Below the pieces are notes generated by a model. The model worked only from the letters and a program-made list of their open reading frames with translations, made no database searches and was not told where the DNA came from. From a virus (lineage: Duplodnaviria; Caudoviricetes), in IMG/VR virus record IMGVR_UViG_3300020460_000012: 64,000 nt of DNA; one strand, 5' to 3'. Below are positions 9,766 through 18,329 of this stretch, in pieces. Both the position numbers and the translations under genes were made by a program. Within the stretch, counting starts at the first letter, position 1. The number at the start of each line of letters is the position of its first letter.

Positions 9766-10566
9766 CTACCAGTATACCACATAAATCATTCCGCCGCCAC
9801 CAACGCCGCCACATCTACATGTACCGTCATTAGTCCAGCCTGTCATTCCTCCACCGCCTGGGTGCATGCCCATCATCATACATGCTTGTCCACAACAACT
9901 AGAGTATGATCCACAAATGCCACCATGGCAACTGTTACAGCATGTTGAAGTACCTTGTGGTCTAGGTCCTGGTGTACCGTATGCACTACCTACATGTTGC
10001 CAACCTGCTTCGATACAAAATTGGCTACTACGATATGCACCTGTTACACTAGTTTGACATTCTAATGTGGTTATTCCTGAACCACTTATATAATTGTTTG
10101 AACAACATGCACACATAGAACAACAAGAATAACAGTTTGTAGCTAAATGACACCTTGTATATCTAGCAGAGCATAATCCGCCTTCTACGCACATACACCA
10201 AGTTCCGTCACCATTACAAACATATGACGAACATCCGTGGAATCCTGCACAACAACTCATATTAGCACCAGATGTACCAGCTGAACACATTCTAATTTGA
10301 TCGCCTGCAGAAACATCAGTTTCGACCATCATATAGCCGCCACCGCCGCCACCGCCGCCTTGTGTACAACAACAGCTATAGCCACCGCCTGCACCGCCGC
10401 TCCATACTTCAAATACTGCCTTTGTTACACCTGCTGGCACTGTCCAAAGATAACAACATCCTCCGTTGTGTGGTAACCACTTATTTGTATTTTGTATATA
10501 AAATTCTTGTGGTTTGATAACACCGCCTGTTTCGTAACCGTATATTAAATTTGTTAATTGACTCAT
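9766..10566 (-). CDS. Cys/Gly-rich virion (fibre-associated) protein C
   Basis: NGGCCYLWTVPAGVTKAVFEVWSGGAGGGYSCCC...GGGGMIYVVYW is the glycine-rich-domain frame of phage fibre proteins; about 31 Cys in 266 aa (hand count). Confidence 0.7.
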   Translation of the reverse strand: MSQLTNLIYGYETGGVIKPQEFYIQNTNKWLPHNGGCCYLWTVPAGVTKAVFEVWSGGAGGGYSCCCTQGGGGGGGGYMMVETDVSAGDQIRMCSAGTSGANMSCCAGFHGCSSYVCNGDGTWCMCVEGGLCSARYTRCHLATNCYSCCSMCACCSNNYISGSGITTLECQTSVTGAYRSSQFCIEAGWQHVGSAYGTPGPRPQGTSTCCNSCHGGICGSYSSCCGQACMMMGMHPGGGGMTGWTNDGTCRCGGVGGGGMIYVVYW

Positions 10567-10576
10567 GTTCTATTCC

Positions 10577-11326
10577 TTACGATGCTACGTGCCATTCTAC
10601 TATAATTAAACCTCCGGCTCCTGCCGCACCACAACCGCAATAGCTGTTATGACTTGACGCCGTTCCGCCACCGCTGCCTGGCCAATAAGCATATCCTTGT
10701 TGTCCACAACCACAGCAATAACCTGAACATGCGTCTCTTGCTGGACGGAAAAAATCTCCTGTAAATGGTGCTTGTGGTGCCCAGTTCCATGCTGTTCCTG
10801 AACAAAATGCTGTACCTTTAAAAGCACCGGACATTCCGCATATTCCAAATCCGCCACACCATGAGCCGCATTCATATGCTGAACAACCCATATAGCTGTT
10901 TCCAATTGGACCCCAGCAATAATTACATCCTACTTTACCTGCACTTGCACAAATAACATTAGCGGCTTCTGTTACACCATAAGCATAACTAGGATATCCT
11001 GGACATCCAGTGTTTGTATTTGCACAAGTAGTTGAACCGCCTGCACAAAATCTGTACTGCTGTCCTGCTACAGTGTTAATAATTTTTCTTGCATAGCTTC
11101 CTGCTCCGCCTGGAATACCAAAGAAACAGCAACAGTTACCTGCGCCGCCTCCGCCGCCGCCCCACATTTCCACTGCAAACCATGTAACGCCAGTTGGTAC
11201 TGTCCATAAACAACAGCATCCGCCATTTTCCATATTGTCTACACTTGTGTGATAGACTACCATTGAATCAACAGCTACGGTGCCGCCACCGCCTCCATAT
11301 TGTAACATTGTTTTCAGTGCTGACAT
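10577..11326 (-). CDS. Cys/Gly-rich virion (fibre-associated) protein B
   Basis: NGGCCCLWTVPTGVTWFAVEMWGGGGGGAGNCCC...GAGGLIIVEW; about 23 Cys in 249 aa (hand count). Confidence 0.7.
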   Translation of the reverse strand: MSALKTMLQYGGGGGTVAVDSMVVYHTSVDNMENGGCCCLWTVPTGVTWFAVEMWGGGGGGAGNCCCFFGIPGGAGSYARKIINTVAGQQYRFCAGGSTTCANTNTGCPGYPSYAYGVTEAANVICASAGKVGCNYCWGPIGNSYMGCSAYECGSWCGGFGICGMSGAFKGTAFCSGTAWNWAPQAPFTGDFFRPARDACSGYCCGCGQQGYAYWPGSGGGTASSHNSYCGCGAAGAGGLIIVEWHVAS

Positions 11327-11327
11327 A

Positions 11328-11999
11328 TTATTCTGCCTTCGTATCTGGTGCTAACGGAAATTCAACTTTCCAAGCTTCTACTTCGTCTGATTCACCTTTT
11401 TTATAAACTGTTGGTAGATCCCTAAGTGCTTGTCTGTAAGTAACCCATGGTGTTTTTACAGCATCGGGCATATCTGGTGAAATTTTACCGTCGGAAGCTT
11501 CTAGCTGTGAATCTCTTTGTAATATAATGTCATCCCAATCAACTGGTGAAGTTTTGTAACCTGCTGACCATGTTTTTGCATCTAAATCATAAACACATTC
11601 GCTTTCGTCGACGTATGTTTCTCCAATTTCTGGCTTACCATTATATTTTATGGTGTAATCACCGTATGTTTCTGTAACTGTTGTTTGATCATTTGTTACA
11701 ATAGTTGAATCAGCAACTCTAAAAATTGCCATCATTAAAGGATCATCTGCAAGAGTTACTTCAACTCTTGTAGTACCTACTGGTACAGGAACATCTGCTC
11801 CTTCATCTCTTTCTGTTAGTTCTCCTGGACTTCTAATTCTTTTGCCCTTGTTGTCACCGTCTGTATCAACAAATACATAAACCTTGTCTGGTCCATTGTA
11901 TGTAGCAGAAGCTGTTAGTCCATCACTATCACTAGAATCAAACATCTTGTTTGGCAATTTGTAATCAAATGTTTTACTAGCTATTGTATTTTCTGGCAT
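11328..11999 (-). CDS. Tail fibre assembly chaperone-like protein A
   Basis: C-terminal WDDIILQRDSQLEASDGKISPDMP....WVTYRQALRDLP is the classic phage tail assembly chaperone motif. Confidence 0.7.
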   Translation of the reverse strand: MPENTIASKTFDYKLPNKMFDSSDSDGLTASATYNGPDKVYVFVDTDGDNKGKRIRSPGELTERDEGADVPVPVGTTRVEVTLADDPLMMAIFRVADSTIVTNDQTTVTETYGDYTIKYNGKPEIGETYVDESECVYDLDAKTWSAGYKTSPVDWDDIILQRDSQLEASDGKISPDMPDAVKTPWVTYRQALRDLPTVYKKGESDEVEAWKVEFPLAPDTKAE

Positions 12000-12018
12000 T
12001 TTCTTTCCTCACACATTA

Positions 12019-12825
12019 TTAATTATAGTATACATACACTTGGCCACCGCCACCTGGTTGTCCATCACAGTGTGAACCTCCGCAAGCTATTCCGCTTGTT
12101 CCTGGTCCTCCAGGAAATTTATTTCCTGTAAATGGATCACCACTTGTACACATTACATATCGTCCTTGTTGATACCAACAAGAACATAAATCTTCGTTCA
12201 TTTGTCCAGGCTGATTAAATCCTGAATGGGTCCAATAATAATACTGCGTATGACAGTATGTATTTCTTGTACCATGCCCACCAATACCTGGCATAATTAT
12301 TCCTTTGTTAGCATCTGCAACATAACCTTGTGTAGCACTAGATGAACCGCCTTGTATTCTTCCAAAACAGCAAGTATATGCATTGTATGGGCTCTGGAAC
12401 CCTGGCTGTTGTGATCCTTCATCACCTCCACATGCACAAATTATAGTTGCGGCCGCTGTTACATCATAAACATATGATGGACAACCATAACAGCTAGTAT
12501 TTGATTTATTATATGCACAACCAGTTGACGATCCTGCACAAATTCTATATTGACAACCTGCTTGGGTATCCATTTGATACCAAACATAAGAACCACTAGT
12601 TCCTTGATAAGCTTCAAAACTACAACAACATCCATCATTACCTGATGAACCACCGCCCCATAGTTTAAACACAAGACTTGTTATACCTGCAGGCACAGTC
12701 CACAAACAACAGCAACCTCCGTTGGCGGCACTTGTATGCGATGTATTCCATACTCTAAGTCTTTGAGGTATGTTACCTACGCTTTGTGGTCCTATATCGG
12801 CCAGTAGTGTTGTTAAAGCAGTCAT
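12019..12825 (-). CDS. Cys/Gly-rich virion (fibre-associated) protein A
   Basis: NGGCCCLWTVPAGITSLVFKLWGGGSSGNDGCCC...GGGGQVYVYY; about 21 Cys in 268 aa (hand count). Confidence 0.7.
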   Translation of the reverse strand: MTALTTLLADIGPQSVGNIPQRLRVWNTSHTSAANGGCCCLWTVPAGITSLVFKLWGGGSSGNDGCCCSFEAYQGTSGSYVWYQMDTQAGCQYRICAGSSTGCAYNKSNTSCYGCPSYVYDVTAAATIICACGGDEGSQQPGFQSPYNAYTCCFGRIQGGSSSATQGYVADANKGIIMPGIGGHGTRNTYCHTQYYYWTHSGFNQPGQMNEDLCSCWYQQGRYVMCTSGDPFTGNKFPGGPGTSGIACGGSHCDGQPGGGGQVYVYYN

Positions 12826-12850
12826 TGACTAACTCCCTGATTAATCTTAC

Positions 12851-13171
12851 TTATGAGCCACATAATACCCAACCATAAGTAGCCCCAGAATACACTAGTA
12901 TCGGCGAAGCATTATTAATATCAATAATAAGATCCGAAGCATCATTTTGAATTTCTTGCCCGTTTCTTGCTACTGTGATATTTGACGATCCAGCTGTTCC
13001 AGAAATATCAACTACTTGAATAGTATCATTTTCTGTTGGACTTGCTGGAAGGGTTACTGTAATGCCACCAGCTGTACATAAAATACGCTGATTAACTGCC
13101 GCGTTTACACTAGTACCTGTGACAACATTTGTAGTTGCGTAGTTAAGTGTGCTTGTTAAATATCTTCCCAT
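12851..13171 (-). CDS. Small tail-fibre attachment-domain protein, 106 aa
   Basis: GGITVTLPASPTENDTIQVVDISGTAGSSNITVARNG...LVYSGATYGW resembles the N-terminal repeat of T4-like proximal tail fibres. TAAATA at 13189-13194. Confidence 0.65.
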   Translation of the reverse strand: MGRYLTSTLNYATTNVVTGTSVNAAVNQRILCTAGGITVTLPASPTENDTIQVVDISGTAGSSNITVARNGQEIQNDASDLIIDINNASPILVYSGATYGWVLCGS

Positions 13172-13191
13172 TATATTGTCCTTTTATATAT

Positions 13192-13509
13192 TTATGCCGT
13201 TGTCTCAATACCCATAGCTACTACACTTACGTTGCTTGAGCTAGCGTATGCAACTATTTTCTTACCGGCGTCAACGACTATACCAGTGCGTTCTAATACG
13301 TTTTTTGGATTCAGTTCAACATCATACTCAATGTACTCATCTGCACCTGGAGTGCTTGTATCACAAATTGCTAAACGAAGCAAGACTACGGCGTTGCCTC
13401 TATTGACAAAATTAACACTAGCTACTGCATAGGTGCTTGCCGGACAAGTGTAAATATCAGTATTCGTTGCGCCTGTTAAATCCGCTGTTCCTAATCTTCC
13501 TGTGGCCAT
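13192..13509 (-). CDS. Small beta-sandwich virion protein (paralogue of 23657..23986 and 27617..27982)
   Basis: TNTDIYTCPASTYAVASVNFVNRG..EYIEYDVELNPKNVLERTGIVVDAGKKI; GGAG RBS. Confidence 0.6.
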   Translation of the reverse strand: MATGRLGTADLTGATNTDIYTCPASTYAVASVNFVNRGNAVVLLRLAICDTSTPGADEYIEYDVELNPKNVLERTGIVVDAGKKIVAYASSSNVSVVAMGIETTA

Positions 13510-13523
13510 TTGTTATATCTCCA

Positions 13524-16500
13524 TTATGCGTTAATAAACATATTTAAGGCTACGGGTGATCCACTCACCCCACCTGTATAGTTTACCTGTGCTGTTATAT
13601 TTATCTCTTGATTGGTTGTATGCGATATTGTCTGACCAGTTATATTAACTTGACCAGCAGTAATCGAGTTCACATTTAGTTCACCAGCACCGCCACCAAT
13701 TTGACTTGCTATATAAGTTTTAATAGCTCTCTGTGTTGGAACAATACTGTCACTGTTGGCTGTAAACGTACCATCAGTTGAAAACTCAGTAATTGTGGCA
13801 CTAGTACCACCTAAACTTATTTCACCGAGTTGTAATTCTTGTAATCCACTAACATTAAAGGCATCAGCATTTAGTGTTGCTCTACCTGTAGACTGTTCAA
13901 CGCTGAATAATTCTCCTACTCTAAAGTTACCGTCCTGATCAGTTGAGGTATAAAATACTCTACCACCACCAAAATCTTTAGTCTCGTCTGTTTGATCAGC
14001 TGGTGTACTTGGAGTTCCAGGATAGTTTGTAGTTGTTGTATTACCAGTACCTACGTCTAAGAAATCATGTCCTGTTAATCTAACCTGACTATATCTTCTA
14101 CGTATAGTTATACCTTCATCATGTTCTGGTGCTTCTGTTACAGTAATATCTGGACTTACTTGTAGTAATGCTTCATAATTACCCGCACTACCAGTTACTT
14201 GTGTTACTCCTACAAGTTTATACCATTTTCCTGCTATACCTGCAATCTCTACATTAGCTCCTTGTACTGGAGTTTCAGTTAAGTTTTTAACTTTGACATA
14301 TTGTCCAGGTTGATAGTTATCTGCATAACCATTTGCTGATGCTACTGTAGCTGTAGCAGTTGTATATCCTGTACCTCTGTTACTAAAAGTAGGTTGTCCT
14401 AACACACCGCTACCTGTCCTTACTGTATGAGGTACGTCAACAGTATTATTAGGATCAGTCAGTGTCATTGTTGGTGTACTACTATATCCAGAACCAGGAT
14501 GCCAAATCTTAATTTGTGTTACTTTTCCATCTTCAATTTTTGCTCTAGCTTTAGCAATATCAGCATATGCACTTACGCCGCCGCCGCTAAACACTACTCT
14601 AGGTTCAATTATATATTCTGTAGTTGCATCAAGAGCTGATACAATACCTGCTCCGTATACACTATCCCAACCTGCTGTTCCGTCGCTGTTTTTTAACACT
14701 GTTGCGACTTTTGTGCCTGAATCATATGTATTAATATATGCATATTGACCTGCACCTGTGCCGCTTACAATCCAAATAGCCATACCTGCATACATTGCAT
14801 TTGTTGCGGTATCTGTGTTACTAAGAGTAATTTGTGTTGCTGTGCCTACTTGTGCATTATTAGTAGCGGTTACGTATCCAGCGCCACCTAAATCGCTTGA
14901 TGGGTCTGTAAGTCTAACTTGATAAACAGCACCGTTATAAACATTTTCTGCACTTATAGCCGCATCATTATTGCCTCCGACTATTGTTGTAGTTGTATCA
15001 CCATCTGCATAGCTTACTCCTGCATTTAAATATTCAAAGAATAGTATCTGATTTTTGTCAGTAACTATATTTTCAATTTTAGCTTCTGTTGACTGGTTAG
15101 TAACTTTACCTGTCACTGCTGTTTCTGTGCTATCAATACCTTCTGCTACACATCCAAAGTCACCATATGAGCTGTTACCGTTTGTTGCACGTATCTTGCC
15201 GCCGTTTTCTGATAGATATCCTATGTGTGCATAATAAGAGAACACACTAACAAGTTCTGCTCTACCTAAGTTTGTTACCCAAGCACCAATACCATCACTA
15301 ATAATTTGTGTAAAGTCGTTTGCAACTATTGAGTCATTTCCGCCGTCATGTAGGTCTCCGTCAATCTTAAGACCAATACAACCTGTACCAAATGTTGTTA
15401 CATTTTGTATATATGGGGATCTAGTTAAAATATGTGCATCTGTATCTGCTGGACCATATCCTGGATCTAAGCTAATATATGCACCTGCACTTGGTCGTTT
15501 AGTACCATAGGAGTTTGCACTACCTAAAGTACCAGACAAGCCACTTACTGTACAGTTTCTTAAGCCTGAACCGTTTCTCATAAAGAACATATTTTCTGTA
15601 CTAGAGCCACTTACAGAGTTGCTATACAACAATGCCGCATTTATCATTCTCCAGTTTCCTGTATATTCTAAATCATATTTCATTGCGTCAATATATCTGT
15701 TAACATCTCTTGTACAAGCCGCTATAGTATATGTGTAGCTAGGATATTGCACTGCAATATAAGCATGTACTTCTGCAACTAAAAATGTTCTGTTAGCTTC
15801 TATAGCTTCTATAGCATATCTATAACCTGTATCATATGTAGGTGTATTTGTACCTCTGGTTGTAGGAACTGTGGAATCACCAGTTACTCCATTTACCCTA
15901 TAATCAATATAGTCTTCAAGTTCTTGGAATAATGCTGTAGCCGCAGTACCTGCCGCACTTGAACCTGCGGGTCTTGATGTTACTTGTGTTTCAGCATTTC
16001 CTGCTGATTTTGTAACTGAACCGTTTGTTACAATATCACTTATAATTGCTTTTAATCTTTGTATTGCCGCTATACTTTTTGGCACATCAGTAGCTTGTGT
16101 TTGCTGACCTGCTGGTTGTATTTTTGTTGAACGTAATTCGTCACCTATCAATGCTGTATTTGCAGGGCATAGTATAGGAAGAGTTTCTTGAAATGTTCCG
16201 CTCTTAATATAGAGTGAATTGTTAGGTATCACAGCTGATGCCATATTTGTTGTATTACCAGCTGTCACTGCCGCTGTTAAAATATTAGCTAAACTTGTTG
16301 CAGTTGATAAATCATCTGACTCTTCTGTGTAATTTGTATCTGTTTGCTGTGTAGCTGTTACAGAACCTTGCAAAGTTTGATAATCAGATGCTGGAGCCGC
16401 ATTGCTTAATACTGCATCTGCAACAACTAATACTCTTGCAATCATTGCATTAAATTCTGTTATTTTACCAGTAATAGTTGCATCTGCATGTATAGCTGTA

Positions 16501-18296
16501 GTTAACTCTCTTGTGCGTACATTGCCTCCGTGACTCAAATCATAAACAAGTGCATCAACTAATCTACCAACAAATTGCATCCATGTTGCCTTAGTATATG
16601 TGAACGAACCTGTATATGGACTTGTGTTATTTGCTATTCCGTGATCTACGAATTCAACAGCATCGTGCATTATGTAACTTCTATTAATGTGTAACAGTCT
16701 CTTCGCCGCAGGACGCTGTGCTCCGTCCCATAATTGCTGTGTTGCATATTGTATTGTTTTCCACGGACGATCTAAAGTAAGTCCGTATGCACTCGCTGGA
16801 CTATCTACTCCAGCAGTAGGATGTACATAATAAACATTGTTTAGCCTACCAAAGTAACCCCATTCTGGTGCATTACCAGCGGCATTTACTTTAAGTACTT
16901 GTCCTTCAGCACCAATTGGTAATCTTGTAGGACCTGCACCACTATAGTAAACTAAATCACCTTGTGTAGTTAAGTTGCCTGATTCTGCACCTGCGACTAA
17001 TGCATTCCAGTACACACCGCCTGTGTCATTGTCTGGACGTTTAGCTGTATCAGATGTGTGAGCTAAAATACAAACATAGCTGTTAACACCATATCTAATA
17101 GAATCACCTTTATCATATAGTGTAGCTGTTGCCCATGCATTTTTCCATTTAAATCCTTCGTTAAGGAGTTCCCAGTATGTTCCGTTAGGTGGTCTTTGTC
17201 CTGTATGATCTTGTATACATAGATATGTAAATCCGCCTAGTCGTACTACATCACCTACTCTATATTCTTCTGCAGAACTATCATCTCCCCAATCTTGGGC
17301 ATGTTTGAATCCTGTAGTAAATAAAGACCAGTCTGTTGAATTTGCTGGTGGATGACCTTGACCAACGTTATTTGTTTTAGAAACATATGAATAACCGCCG
17401 TAAGTAACAAAGTCGCCTGGTTGATATGTTGTTGTACCACTCCAACTATCTTCAAATTCTAAACCTTCAACAAACTGTGACCATTTATTTTCGTCGGCTG
17501 CAAAAGTAGATTGGCTTGTGTGATAAGTGATACAAATCCATGTGCCGCCGCCATACTTAACAATGTCATTTATTTTGTATCGTGTATTCGTTGACCAGTC
17601 TGTTTTGTATTCTAATCCTTTGTTTAGATAGTCCCATTTACTTTGATCATTTTCTAAACCTAAACCTACAGAAGCCGCTGACGTGTGTCCTTGATTACAG
17701 ACATATACTTGTCCGCCATAACGTACTATGTCATTTACGACATATCTAGTATTAATGTTCCAATCATTTTTCCAGTAAAATCCTTCAGAAAATATATTCC
17801 ATTTTGCTTGGTCATTTTCTAGTCCTAAAGTAGTTGTACTTGCAGATGTATGAGCAGTTACACAAGTATAAATTGTACCGTTATACTTTACAATATCGTT
17901 TACTTTATATCTTGTATTAATACTCCAATCAGCTTTGTAATCAAAACCTTCAGCAAATAAGTCCCAGCTTCCTTGATTAGCTTCTAATCCTAAAGTAGCA
18001 GTAGCGGCAGAAGTATGCTCTGCATTTGCTATATATAGATATCCTCCATATTTTACTATGTCGTTAATTTTGTAAAGAGTGCTTGTAGACCAGTTACCTT
18101 TCCACTCAGTTCCATCGGAAATTTTATTCCAATTAGTTGCTTGGTTAGTAGAAAATAGTGCTGGAGCAGTATGCCCTTTAATACAAATATATGTATTACC
18201 GCCATTTCTAACAATATCATCTTTGTAGTAGGTCGTGGAAGCTGTCCAATTATTCTTCCATATAAACCTAATTCTACCTAATTTAAATTCAGCCAT
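13524..18296 (-). CDS. Giant tail fibre/spike protein 1 (1590 aa) with Trp-rich carbohydrate-binding-like repeats and a beta-helix
   Basis: About eight W......Y..xDIV.Y.G..Y.C...HT repeats (CBM5/12, ChiC-like), a central beta-helix-like region (FFMRNGSGLRNCTVSGL...NDFTQIISDGIG) and C-terminal YSQVRLTGHDFLDVG. TAAATA at 18321-18326. Confidence 0.8.
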   Translation of the reverse strand: MAEFKLGRIRFIWKNNWTASTTYYKDDIVRNGGNTYICIKGHTAPALFSTNQATNWNKISDGTEWKGNWSTSTLYKINDIVKYGGYLYIANAEHTSAATATLGLEANQGSWDLFAEGFDYKADWSINTRYKVNDIVKYNGTIYTCVTAHTSASTTTLGLENDQAKWNIFSEGFYWKNDWNINTRYVVNDIVRYGGQVYVCNQGHTSAASVGLGLENDQSKWDYLNKGLEYKTDWSTNTRYKINDIVKYGGGTWICITYHTSQSTFAADENKWSQFVEGLEFEDSWSGTTTYQPGDFVTYGGYSYVSKTNNVGQGHPPANSTDWSLFTTGFKHAQDWGDDSSAEEYRVGDVVRLGGFTYLCIQDHTGQRPPNGTYWELLNEGFKWKNAWATATLYDKGDSIRYGVNSYVCILAHTSDTAKRPDNDTGGVYWNALVAGAESGNLTTQGDLVYYSGAGPTRLPIGAEGQVLKVNAAGNAPEWGYFGRLNNVYYVHPTAGVDSPASAYGLTLDRPWKTIQYATQQLWDGAQRPAAKRLLHINRSYIMHDAVEFVDHGIANNTSPYTGSFTYTKATWMQFVGRLVDALVYDLSHGGNVRTRELTTAIHADATITGKITEFNAMIARVLVVADAVLSNAAPASDYQTLQGSVTATQQTDTNYTEESDDLSTATSLANILTAAVTAGNTTNMASAVIPNNSLYIKSGTFQETLPILCPANTALIGDELRSTKIQPAGQQTQATDVPKSIAAIQRLKAIISDIVTNGSVTKSAGNAETQVTSRPAGSSAAGTAATALFQELEDYIDYRVNGVTGDSTVPTTRGTNTPTYDTGYRYAIEAIEANRTFLVAEVHAYIAVQYPSYTYTIAACTRDVNRYIDAMKYDLEYTGNWRMINAALLYSNSVSGSSTENMFFMRNGSGLRNCTVSGLSGTLGSANSYGTKRPSAGAYISLDPGYGPADTDAHILTRSPYIQNVTTFGTGCIGLKIDGDLHDGGNDSIVANDFTQIISDGIGAWVTNLGRAELVSVFSYYAHIGYLSENGGKIRATNGNSSYGDFGCVAEGIDSTETAVTGKVTNQSTEAKIENIVTDKNQILFFEYLNAGVSYADGDTTTTIVGGNNDAAISAENVYNGAVYQVRLTDPSSDLGGAGYVTATNNAQVGTATQITLSNTDTATNAMYAGMAIWIVSGTGAGQYAYINTYDSGTKVATVLKNSDGTAGWDSVYGAGIVSALDATTEYIIEPRVVFSGGGVSAYADIAKARAKIEDGKVTQIKIWHPGSGYSSTPTMTLTDPNNTVDVPHTVRTGSGVLGQPTFSNRGTGYTTATATVASANGYADNYQPGQYVKVKNLTETPVQGANVEIAGIAGKWYKLVGVTQVTGSAGNYEALLQVSPDITVTEAPEHDEGITIRRRYSQVRLTGHDFLDVGTGNTTTTNYPGTPSTPADQTDETKDFGGGRVFYTSTDQDGNFRVGELFSVEQSTGRATLNADAFNVSGLQELQLGEISLGGTSATITEFSTDGTFTANSDSIVPTQRAIKTYIASQIGGGAGELNVNSITAGQVNITGQTISHTTNQEINITAQVNYTGGVSGSPVALNMFINA

Positions 18297-18329
18297 TTAG
18301 CACTCCATAAACCTTATATATATTTATCA

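Noticed and set aside
9766-12825. Cys-rich ORFs as RiPP (lanthipeptide/ranthipeptide) precursors
   Set aside because: About 250-270 aa with a fibre-type Gly-rich frame, no leader/core architecture, and no LanM, radical SAM or YcaO enzyme in the window.
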